Source: Octopus sinensis
Lineage: Eukaryota
Direction: 5' to 3'
Length of the DNA stretch: 19,968 nucleotides
NCBI RefSeq assembly: GCF_006345805.1
Contig: NW_021824152.1
Coordinates: forward strand, 1 to 19,968
Part shown: one piece after another, positions 10,873 through 19,725 of the stretch
Layout: each line of letters begins with the position of its first letter
Position numbering within the stretch: position 1 is the first letter of the stretch
The notes under the pieces: generated by a model
The model's database searches: none
Told to the model about the DNA's origin: nothing
Seen by the model: the letters and a program-made list of their open reading frames with translations, nothing else
Position numbers and translations under genes: made by a program

Positions 10873-10998
10873 CACTAGGATGATGGGGGGTAGTAAGGGT
10901 GATCTGGGTCTGCTGTAGGCATTGTGTCTTTTGTGGGGTCTGAGGGGTGGCAAACGGAAGGGCCACCCCAGGTGGCACACACTCTAACTACACTAGTG
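10873..10998. mobile_element. Probable degenerate hAT-type MITE
   Basis: Ends CACTAG...CTAGTG. Flanking 8-mers ATGGGACC and ATGGTATC match 6/8 (TSD-like). Internal GC hairpin GGGGTGGC-N10-GCCACCCC. Confidence 0.45.
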
Positions 10999-11072
10999 AT
11001 GGTATCAGGTTCCAAAAGTACCATTTCCTTAGATCCCGAAGGAAATAATTTATATACCAGGTGGTGCCACAT

Positions 11073-11261
11073 GAAGATGTATGATCTAGAGGTTAGGTTG
11101 TTGAGCTTGTGATCATTAGGTTGTGGGTTCAATTCTCAGGCCTTCTTGCATGTTGTGTCCTTGAGCTAGACACTTTATTTCATGCTGCTTCAGTATTTCA
11201 TTTAAAATGGAGATATAGTAGCACCTACAGGTTAACCTTGTAATGGCCTGGTACCCCATAT
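11073..11261 (+). mobile_element. Old tRNA-derived SINE related to the 19726 copy
   Basis: GAAGATGTATGATCTAGAGGTTAGG...GGTTGTGGGTTCAATTCTCAGG (decayed A/B boxes), then GTTGTGTCCTTGAGCTAGACACTTTA, a central-domain motif typical of CORE-like SINEs. Confidence 0.65.
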
Positions 11262-11414
11262 TCTCAGCCCAAACATTTTGAAGTAATTCAATTAAGTTTT
11301 TGTCTGAGTCTATAGACTCCAGGTAGACTTAAGATGGTGCTATTAAGACTAACATGACAAGGGCCAATACTAAAACTCCCAAACCTTAATATGGCAAAAA
11401 TTTGAAATCATCAT

Positions 11415-11431
11415 CATTGTTGTTGTTATTA

Positions 11432-11510
<79 letters not shown>

Positions 11511-11511
11511 C
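11415..11511. repeat. (TTG)n/(TTA)n microsatellite
   Basis: Directly visible. Confidence 0.95.
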
Positions 11512-11540
11512 AATAATAACAGTAATAATATTATAGATCA

Positions 11541-11740
11541 TAGTGGATTGGCAGAATTGTTAGAGGATCAGAAAGAATGCCTTGTAGTACTCCTGAGTTC
11601 AAATCCCACTGAGATCAACTTTGCTTTTCAGCCATTCAGGGCCAATAAAATAAAGTACCAGACAAGTACTAAGATCAATGGTATTCGTTAAACGCCTCCC
11701 TTCAAAACTGCTGACCTTCTGCCTAAATTAGAAACCATTC
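11541..11740 (+). mobile_element. Diverged SINE, 5234 family
   Basis: TGGCAGAATTGTTAG...CTGAGTTCAAATCCCACTGAGATCAACTTTGCTTTTCA...AAAATAAAGTACCAG, ending in a (TTC)n tail. Confidence 0.8.
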
Positions 11741-11783
11741 TTTTCTTCTTCTTCTTCTTAAAATAATAATAAAAAAAAACCAT

Positions 11784-12092
11784 AAACGTCGCCCTTTTCA
11801 AGTCTAGCCAGGCTCATGGGCCTGGTTTCCCAGTTTCTGTGACATATATGTTCTCCCCAGCTGGACGGGACGCCAGTCCATTGCAGCACTACTCAAGAAA
11901 CAGGAAGAGAGAGTGAGAGAAAGCTGTGGCGAAAGAGTACAACAGGGGTCGCCACCACACCCTACGGGAGCCTCATGTAGCTTTTAGGTGTTTTCGCTCA
12001 ATAAACACACACAACATCCGGCCTGGGAATCGAAACTGCAATCCTCTGACCGTGAGTCCGCTGCCCTAACCACTGGGCCACTGCGCCTCCAC
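11784..12092 (-). mobile_element. tRNA-derived SINE of a second family, minus strand
   Basis: On the minus strand, GTGGAGGCGCAGTGGCCCAGTGGTTAGGGCAGCGGACTC carries the A box (12070-12080) and GTTTCGATTCC the B box (12026-12036). The 3' region has GCAATGGACTGGCGTCCCGTCCAG. Confidence 0.85.
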
Positions 12093-12122
12093 TCTTATAA
12101 TAATAATAATTATTATTATTCA

Positions 12123-12308
12123 AGCTTGCAGAATCATTAGCACACTAGACAAAATGCTTAGCAGCATTTCATCCCTCTTTATATTCTGAGTTCAAATTCC
12201 ATAGAGGTCAGCCTTACCTTTCATCCTTTCAGGGTTGATAAATAAGGACCAGTCAAGTACTAGGGTTAATGTAATCAACTTACCCCTCCAGTACCAAAAT
12301 CTGAAAGC
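12123..12308 (+). mobile_element. SINE, 5234 family
   Basis: TTGCAGAATCATTAGCAC...AAATGCTTAGC...TTCTGAGTTCAAATTCC...CCTTTCATCCTTTCAGGGTTGATAAA, followed by an (ATT)n/(GTT)n tail. Confidence 0.8.
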
Positions 12309-12351
12309 ATTATTATTATTGTTGTTGCTGTTGCTGTTGTTGTTGTTGTTG

Positions 12352-12583
12352 TGATGGACTGGCAGAATTACTTGAGTGCCAGAAAAAGAATACTTTTCCA
12401 TATTTGTTCTGGCTTTTTATGTTCTGAGTCGAAATCTTGCCATGGTCAGCTTAGCACTTCATCGTTTTGTGCGAGTCAATAAAATAATAATGTAGTAGTG
12501 AAGTACTGGGGTCAACGATATTGCCCAACCCCATTTCCCTCCGAATTTGTGGGCCTTGTGCCTTTATAAGAAGTCATTGCCAT
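12352..12583 (+). mobile_element. Diverged SINE, 5234 family
   Basis: GGACTGGCAGAATT...TTCTGAGTCGAAATC...AGTACTGGGGTCAA...GGCCTTGTGCC, followed by a (TTG)n(TTA)n tail. Confidence 0.7.
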
Positions 12584-12600
12584 TGTTGTTGTTGTTGTTG

Positions 12601-12649
<49 letters not shown>

Positions 12650-12650
<1 letters not shown>

Positions 12651-12771
12651 GGCGGTGAGTTGGAAGAATTGCTAGCATGCTGGCTTTTTGTTCGTCCTTT
12701 ACTTCCCGAGTTCAAATTCTGCCAAGGTCGACTTTGCCTTTCGTCTTTCTGAGGTCGATAAAATAAGTACC
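12650..12771 (+). mobile_element. 3'-truncated SINE, 5234 family
   Basis: AGGCGGTGAGTTGGAAGAATTGCTAGC...GAGTTCAAATTCTGCCAAGGTCGACTTTGCCTTTC...GGTCGATAAAATAAGTACC. Confidence 0.8.
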
Positions 12772-13243
12772 CTTGTGGGTTTCTTTTCCTTTTCCTTCGA
12801 AATATTATTAAATAATAATGATAGAAAAAGTATATAAATTTCAGGACTTTTTCCTTTTTACATAAATTGGGAAAACATTTGTAAGAAAGCCATTGTAGAT
12901 TTTCTCTTATTTTAAACTAGCATTCACCATGTTTTTTTCTGAGAATGGTAATTATAATTTATGAACCATTGTAGTTTGAAATAGCAATTATATCATTGTA
13001 TTTAATGTTGGGGTTGTTCTTTTCCTCCTCCTGCCTCCCAAAAAACACCCTTCACTTCATACTTTTTTTTTTTATCTATATAGATCAACCTACATTTTCT
13101 GCTCTACATTTCTCTGTGGTCTAACATTATTCTGGAATCAGTAGTATCCTATTGCTCTTCTGCTCGGGTTGTCATTATTCCCCAAAAAATCACACACATA
13201 AAAAAAGGTGGCACTCTATCGTGATATTAGCTGTAATGGTTAA

Positions 13244-13465
13244 CCCTTTTGTTACTGTATTTATTTTGAGATGCTCTGTGTTTCTTTCAATTAATTTTAA
13301 ATATAACAAAGAATTTAGTAAAATAACTTAGTTATCATTCAGCTAGTGTTAGGAACATAAATTGTGACTAAGGTTTGGTGGAAGATTTTAATTCAAAACT
13401 TATGAAAACAAGACATTTGTACTACAGAGCCAGAGCCGGTTTCAGCCGGGTTGGTATCAAAAGAG
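13244..13465. mobile_element. piggyBac-type MITE, copy 3
   Basis: TTAA at 13240-13243 and 13466-13469. Ends are CCCTTTTGTTACT and GGTATCAAAAGAG. Same body and orientation as copies 1 and 2. Confidence 0.9.
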
Positions 13466-13518
13466 TTAAAACAAACACAAGAATTAAAAAATGCACACAC
13501 ACACACACACATTCCTGA

Positions 13519-13670
13519 AGGCAAATTGGCAGAATCATTAGAACAAAATACTAAACAGTGTTTAATTATGGTTCCTTACACTTTGAGTTCAAATCCCGCC
13601 TAGGTTAACTTTACATTTTATTCTTCCAGGCTTGATAAGATAAACTACACATCAAGTATTGGGGTCAATT
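13519..13670 (+). mobile_element. Diverged SINE, 5234 family
   Basis: TTGGCAGAATCATTAG...TGAGTTCAAATCCCGCCTAGGTTAACTTT...AAGTATTGGGGTCAA. Confidence 0.7.
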
Positions 13671-13944
13671 TATATCCCTATAATGCATCCTAGATGTGAA
13701 TGGGGACATAAGACAATATGTGTGTGTGTGTGTGTGCATCTATATATGTGTGTGTGCGTGTGTTTCCGTTAGTAAATATACAAAAAACAAACAAATCTGT
13801 TGCATGACTAAACTAAAGAACACGCATGTTTTGAATTAGAAAAAATATATATATATTTAAAGCATATAGGAATGTCACACTTGTATTATTTATCAGAATT
13901 GTGCTATTGATAATGCTTTAGACTTTGAAGTATAATATAAGAGA

Positions 13945-14242
13945 ATGTGTGTGTGTGTGTCTAGTGTGTATATACATGTGACTGAAAAGTTTGTGTATAT
14001 ATATATACGTATATGTACATACATACACACACAAATATATATACATATATATATATATACACACATATATATACATATATATATATACACACATATATAT
14101 ACATATATATATATATACATATATATATACACACACACACATATATATACATATACATACATATATATATATATACATATACATATATATATATACATAT
14201 AATATATATATATATACATATATATATCTATATATATATATC

Positions 14243-14274
<32 letters not shown>

Positions 14275-14317
14275 ATATACATATATATATACATATATAT
14301 ATGTGTGTGTGTGTGTT
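13945..14317. repeat. Compound (TG)n/(TA)n/(CA)n microsatellite array
   Basis: Directly visible. Confidence 0.95.
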
Positions 14318-14786
14318 GTGTAAATATTGGTGCAATATGCTCTTCAAATACAATTGTTATGAATTAACAAGCTTACAAGATAGGACAAAATTTTAGCATA
14401 AATTTATTTGAATTTAAAATAAAAAAATAAAATAAAATAAAATATAATAAAAAAAAACGAATAAAGTTAGACAACGCATTTGAGTTTCCTAACATTTAGT
14501 TAGAGCAGAGTATCTACTCTACTAATGCATTCATTTCTGCCATTGGTATGCAAAAACAGTTGGGGAATATTAACTGCTTTTAAATCCACTTTCTCGGCCA
14601 CCAGTTAATAATACTTCTAAAATATCTGTTTTAACTTCTTCCCTCACCCTCACTTTTTTCCTGAATGCATCAAGTGGTAACTGTTATTTTATGTAGACAC
14701 TTTCTATCCACAATGTACACACACACACACACCAAACACACCCTTTTACAGATATGTATTTCCACAAAATGCAGTTATCTCTCTCT

Positions 14787-14835
14787 ATGTAAATGCATAT
14801 GTATACATATATATATATACATACATATATATATA

Positions 14836-14894
<59 letters not shown>

Positions 14895-14913
14895 GTATAT
14901 GTATATATCCATG

Positions 14914-14946
<33 letters not shown>

Positions 14947-15460
14947 CCATGTATATATATATGTATATATATATATATCCTTGTATATATATATATATAT
15001 ATATAATATATATATATATATACATGTATATACATTATATATATATATATATATATACATACATATATATATTATATATATATTATATATATATATATAT
15101 ACGCATACACACATATATATACGTGCATTATAAGTATGTATAAATATATAAACATATATGTACATATATGCACATCAATTACATATACATATGTGTGTGT
15201 GTGTATATATGTATATCTATGCATAAATACATACATATCTGTTCATATATATTTTATATACATATACATATATATATATATATAATATATATATATATAT
15301 ATAATATATATATATGTTTGTGTGTGTAAATATGTATAAATGTGTGTGTGTATATATGTAAATGTATATATATATGCATACACAGAACACATATGCATGT
15401 TACATGTATATACGCATGCAAACACATAAGAAAATGCACGCATACTTACGCATACACACC
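14787..15460. repeat. Long (TA)n-rich microsatellite array with repeated ATCCATGT-like interruptions
   Basis: Directly visible. Confidence 0.95.
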
Positions 15461-15854
15461 TAACTTTTTTGTTTTATTTTTGTTTTTTTATCTTTCTCCA
15501 GCAAGTTCTGTCGTTTCAGCCATGGCTGGCTCGGTTCGGTCTTTCTTCTTCACTATTTCGTTTGTCTTACCTGTCAGCTCACAACCGCCTCTGCCACGTT
15601 AGTAAAAGTACAGTGTATGCTGGAGACTACAACATTGATCCATATTTGATTTGCTGTTTTTGAATCACAGAAAAAAAAGAAAGAAAAGAAAAAAAGAAGA
15701 AAAAAAAACAAACAAAAAAGCAGTGAGATGATAACCATTTATCCATAATAGTTGACTCTTGTAAACATTGCCATGAATAAATTCCGCTATCGCATATATA
15801 ACCATATTTCTGTCCGTGTTTCTATTTCCTCTTGAATTTTGTTTTTATTTTCAA

Positions 15855-16158
15855 CTAGCAGTATCGCCCGGCGTTGCTCGGGTTTGTAAGGGAAATAACT
15901 ATATAAGCATTTTCAGAGAGTTACTTCCCTTATATAATAGCAAAAAAAATGCATTAAATATGGGAAAAAATGATGGTATATTTTTTTTTAAATCGTAGAC
16001 TCATCGTAGACGCGCGCTAATACCCAGAAGGACTCGATATGAATCACGACTATAAGATACCCGCTTTTGGTTAAACTGCACCGCAAAATGTGGGAGTAGT
16101 TAGGAATCTAAATTGTAGGAGACAGACACTCACACAACTTCACTTTTATATATAAAGA
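15855..16158 (-). mobile_element. Non-autonomous Helitron (~304 bp)
   Basis: Minus-strand 5' end A|TCTTTATATATAAAAG and 3' end CTAG|T, with GC hairpin CCCGAGC-AAC-GCCGGG (15867-15882) about 8 nt before CTAG. It sits between A and T with no TSD, the canonical Helitron signature. Confidence 0.85.
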
Positions 16159-16180
16159 TTTCTGGGGGGTTTTTTTTATT

Positions 16181-16330
16181 CATCATCATCATCATCATCA
16201 TCATTTAATGTTTGCTTCCCATGCTTGCATGGGTTGGACAATTTGACAGGAGCTGGCAAGCCAGAAGACAGCACCATGCTTTGCTTTCTGTTTTGGCATG
16301 ATTTTTATGGTTGGATGCCCTTCCTAACAC
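16181..16330 (-). mobile_element. Retroelement 3'-end fragment with (GAT)n tail (RTE-like; family assignment is inference)
   Basis: (CAT)n + TTTAATGTTTGCTTCCCATGCTTGCATGGGTTGGAC...GGATGCCCTTCCTAAC on the + strand. Homologous to 18521-18670. Confidence 0.7.
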
Positions 16331-16812
16331 ATTATTTGTATACTTTCAAAAAAACAAACACAAGTATATATAAGGTTTGTAACAGGATGAGAGGTCCCCC
16401 TAACTGGATGGGTGCAGCTCGCATTCTTTACATTAAAAATATTAATCGAAGGAAAGAGTCAAGACTTCTGATTAACTTCAACAGTATAAATATTAATTTT
16501 CTTGATTCGCAATATATATACATTTCTTCTTTCTGGGTGAATCGGCAACCTAGGAGATTATCGCAGTAGTCAAGTGGAGTGAGCCAAATCCTGTCCGTTC
16601 AAGCATAGCAGAGATACGCCATGAGGTAGCAGCTTGAGAGAGCTGATAGAACACGACTGTCCTGTTCAGCTGCTGGCGTTCGAGAGAACAATATGAGGGA
16701 AATTCGCTGCTGCTAGTTTTCTGCACATGTGCATGAGGGAACTTCTGGCAGGCCTCCCAGAAGAATCCAACTCTGCGCATGCGTGCTGGAGATTTCCAAG
16801 ACGGCATCACTA

Positions 16813-17182
16813 CAGGTTCATTCTAGAAGATTTCAGACTTCTTCAGGACAGACATTTATTAATTTCAAAGAAGTACAAAGCTCTAATGTAGGATCTTTTG
16901 ATTTTAAAGCACTTGTTGCAGAGCTCCAACTACTTTATGAAGGCCCCATAGAAGTCATCCAAAGTTCCCTCATCTTCGAAAAGACTGTCCCAGAAGTTCT
17001 TCAGCTTGGTGAACAACCAAAAAGTCACAGGGAGCAAGATATGGACTGTAGGGAGGATGAGGGATAATTTTGATACTCATCTCTGTCGAGTAGATGACTA
17101 CCAGGATACTCATCACTAAATACTCTAGGAACAAACTTTTACACAAATTTTGCAAATACTGAAATCTTCATGAATAATTCTG
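16813..17182 (-). mobile_element. Internally deleted mariner transposon (~370 bp)
   Basis: TA at 16811-16812 and 17183-17184. 28-bp imperfect TIRs CAGGTTCATTCTAGAAGATTTCAGACTT / CAGAATTATTCATGAAGATTTCAGTATT (21/28 match). Contains a transposase C-terminal remnant. Confidence 0.85.
16866..17082 (-). pseudogene. Mariner transposase C-terminal remnant (frameshift and stop)
   Basis: IIPHPPYSPYLAPCDF (YSPDLAPxD motif at 17021-17050), then after a one-base frameshift WLFTKLKNFWDSLFEDEGTLDDFYGAFIK*LELCNKCFKIKRSY, resembling mariner C-termini. Confidence 0.85.
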
Positions 17183-17188
17183 TATATA

Positions 17189-17688
17189 CCATAAATCCTC
17201 GCGTATAATCCGTATTTTTTCCCCAAAATTTAAAGGTCAAAATCCCTAGTGCGTACTATATACGAGGTTAAAAATGAAAAATATTTTATAAGCAATGTCC
17301 GAGTCTCTATTTGCTGTCCGACAATGTTTATTCAGACGCATTTTGTGATGTAAGGCGCGAAAATCCCTTAAGCTAATCCTTAACGCAATGGATTCATAAA
17401 AGAATCATCCATAACTTGCAGTAAGCAACATTTATTAAACGTTGTTACTGTTATTTCTTTATTTTATGCAAACAAAATGCACAAAAAAGCTACACGTTTG
17501 CATTATGTTAAATATACAATAATAATAAAGGACGTTACCATATACATTTTTACAAACCAAGGACGTTATAGAGACCTCCTTGACTCAAATGTGTGTTATA
17601 CACAAGGTTTAGGTTTTCCAGAGGTACAGCCTCCTAAAAATCCCCTGCGTATTATACTCAAGGGCAGACTATACTCGAGGATTTATGG
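17189..17688. mobile_element. 500-bp Tc1/mariner-superfamily MITE (Tc2/pogo-like TIR)
   Basis: TA at 17187-17188 and 17689-17690. TIRs CCATAAATCCTCGCGTATAATCCG / CCATAAATCCTCGAGTATAGTCTG (21/24 match). Subterminal copies of the TIR core lie near 17250 and 17645. Confidence 0.85.
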
Positions 17689-17842
17689 TAGTTGTCACAC
17701 CAACTCCAAACCGTATACCTATTGTCTTTATAGACACATCACAGTCTTCATCCAGAAAATTGTGAATACGAAGCACGAGTACATGGAACATGAACTATTC
17801 TTTCGAATAACGAAAGACACAAATGGAAAACAAAACAAACAA

Positions 17843-18155
17843 CTGTTTACTTTCATTGTCCTGTTTGTGTTACCAGTTTTGACCCTCCGCAAAATCCCAA
17901 ATTTCATTTAATTTGCTTTGCGGGAGAAACTGTTTTATCGAAAGTGTATATTGTTGTTAAATGCTCAATTACGAGACTAGAAAAACAGCCAGCAACTGAT
18001 CAGTTGCTGGCTGTTTTTCTAGTCTCGTAATTTGAGCATTTAACAACCATTATACGCTTTCGATAAAACAGTTTCTCCGCAAAGCAAATTAATGAAATTG
18101 GGATTTTGCGGAGGGTCAAAACTGGTAACACAAACAGGACAATGAAAGTAAACAG
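17843..18155. repeat. 313-bp spacerless inverted repeat centred on TGATCA (17997-18002)
   Basis: Arms are 157 and 156 bp. By-eye alignment gives 2 substitutions and 5 single-base indels. Confidence 0.95.
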
Positions 18156-18520
18156 GAAGGGCTGCTAAGCCTAAACAAGGTTATGGTGGCAAACACGTAA
18201 ATCAAGCTTGGATAGGAGACAGACAAGAACACGTTTTCCTTGTTCGAGCAACAATAGAGAGAAAGAAAGAAACGCAAGTTAGGAGAAGAAAGATGACACA
18301 TGGTCACATGGGCGCCACATGAGCAAGGGAGGAGGAGTGAATGAGAGAGAGTGACAGAGTAATAGGAAAGTAGAGTGGGAGAAGAGGAGGTAAAAGAATG
18401 AGAGAAAGAGAGTAAAAACGAAGGAGTAAAATGATCGTATAGTGTAGGCATTAGAATTATTAAGATAAAACTTACTTGGAAGAGGATGTGTGGCGGTCAA
18501 TCATATAATGATATAAATAA

Positions 18521-19012
18521 TCACCATCATCATCGTTTAACGTTCGTTTTCCGCACTAGCATGGGTTGGACGGTTCGACCGGGGTCTGGGAAGCCAGGGG
18601 CTGCACCAGGCTCCAGTCTGATCTGGCAGAATTTCTACAGCTGGATGCCCTTCCTAACGCCAACCACTCCGCGAGTGTAGTGGGTGCTTTTTACGTGCCA
18701 CCTGCACAGGTGCCAGAGGGGTCCGGCATCAGCCACGATTGGTTGGTGCTTTTAACGTGCCACTGGCACAGAAGCCAGCCAAGGCGGCGCTGGCATCAGC
18801 CACATTCGGATGGTGCTTTTTATGTACCACTGGCACTGGAGGCAGTCGAGGCAGCGCTGGCGTCGGCCACGTTCGGATGGTGCTTTTTATGTGCCACCAG
18901 CACAGAAGCCAGTCAAGGCGGTGTTGGCAATGGCCATGTTCGGATGGTGCTTTTTACGTGCCACCGGCACAGGAATCACAATTACTATTTCCATTGATAT
19001 TTATTTCGATGT
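18521..19012 (-). mobile_element. (GAT)n-tailed retroelement end with internal ~67-bp tandem repeat
   Basis: Same terminus as 16181-16330. Repeat units start GGTGCTTTT at 18683, 18745, 18812, 18879 and 18946. Confidence 0.8.
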
Positions 19013-19337
19013 TCATAATAATATAAATAATGTATATATATATAATCATATCAAAGGGAAATGGAAATTAATTAAAATCTACACTTCCAGAGGTCTAACA
19101 TGTAAAAATTTAGTCTAAAAGACTATATATTAGTCATAAGATACCGTGTATATTTAAACACATGAGGAATCCCATCATAGGAATTCAACGTGCTAGAAAG
19201 AACAGCTAGGTTCTATAACCACAAAAATTAGGGATAAAATTCGACAGGAACGAAATGAAAAATAAAAACATTTTACCATCTAGTTTCCTGGATCAATTGG
19301 TTTCTGATTTTAGTTTAGCGAGTAAATGAACCCGTCA

Positions 19338-19476
19338 GACACAATGGAAAACAAAACAACATAAAGAACGACCCTTCATCAGTTGTTGGCTATTTTTCTA
19401 GTTTCGCTATTCGAGCATTTAACAACAGTTGCGCCTACAAAGCAAATTAAATAAAATTTTGGATTTGCGGAGGGTC
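19338..19476 (+). mobile_element. Second, non-palindromic copy of the repeat family forming 17816-18155
   Basis: GACACAATGGAAAACAAAACAA matches 17816-17838. ATCAGTTGTTGGCTATTTTTCTAG...CAAAGCAAATTAA...GGATTTGCGGAGGGTCA matches the right arm of the palindrome. Confidence 0.8.
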
Positions 19477-19481
19477 ATATA

Positions 19482-19525
<44 letters not shown>
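19477..19525. repeat. (TA)n microsatellite
   Basis: Directly visible. Confidence 0.95.
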
Positions 19526-19527
<2 letters not shown>

Positions 19528-19621
19528 GGAAAGTTTACGAAAATAAACAAAAGACGAAGGCAGGTGGAGTACAAACAAACAAATGTATTAGTATAGCGCT
19601 CAGGAATAGAAATAGAAAAAG

Positions 19622-19659
19622 TCTTTTACGTTTCGAGCCTACGATCTTCGACAGAAAGA
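19622..19659 (-). ncRNA. Minimal type I hammerhead-ribozyme-like motif (variant or degenerate), Penelope-like repeat context
   Basis: Minus strand reads UCUUU-CUGUCGA-A-GAUC-GUAG-GCUC-GAAAC-GUA-AAAGA. Stem I is 5 bp. The core differs from CUGANGA at position 6. Stem II has one mismatch and stem III has no loop. Confidence 0.55.
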
Positions 19660-19725
19660 TACACAGAAAAAAACAAGGAGAGAAAAAAATGCGTGTAGGA
19701 GTATATATATATATACAAATATAGT

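Noticed and set aside
10875-11132. Opposing ORFs of 85 and 62 aa
   Set aside because: They span a probable hAT MITE and a SINE head, with no splice or codon support.
758-15602. Dozens of long ORFs rich in Y/I/C/V/H/T in the ORF track
   Set aside because: They coincide with (TA)n/(TG)n/(CA)n arrays, which lack stop codons in all frames, and they overlap on both strands. They are translation artefacts.
16826-16848. Minus-strand CTGAAGAAGTCTGAAA as a hammerhead core
   Set aside because: There is no room for stem II, and the sequence is part of the mariner TIR region.
17477-17911. 144-aa ORF MHKKATRLHY...
   Set aside because: It runs across the MITE right end into an unrelated repeat and the palindrome arm, with no transposase motifs. 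It is a chance open frame.
18566-19118. GC-rich ORFs of 95-143 aa
   Set aside because: They are translations of the 67-bp tandem repeat in shifting frames, with no domain-like content.
19360-19420. Second hammerhead at minus-strand CTGATGA (19376-19382)
   Set aside because: The core heptamer is perfect, but I found no stem II followed by GAAA, and no stem I/III arrangement in type I, II or III order.
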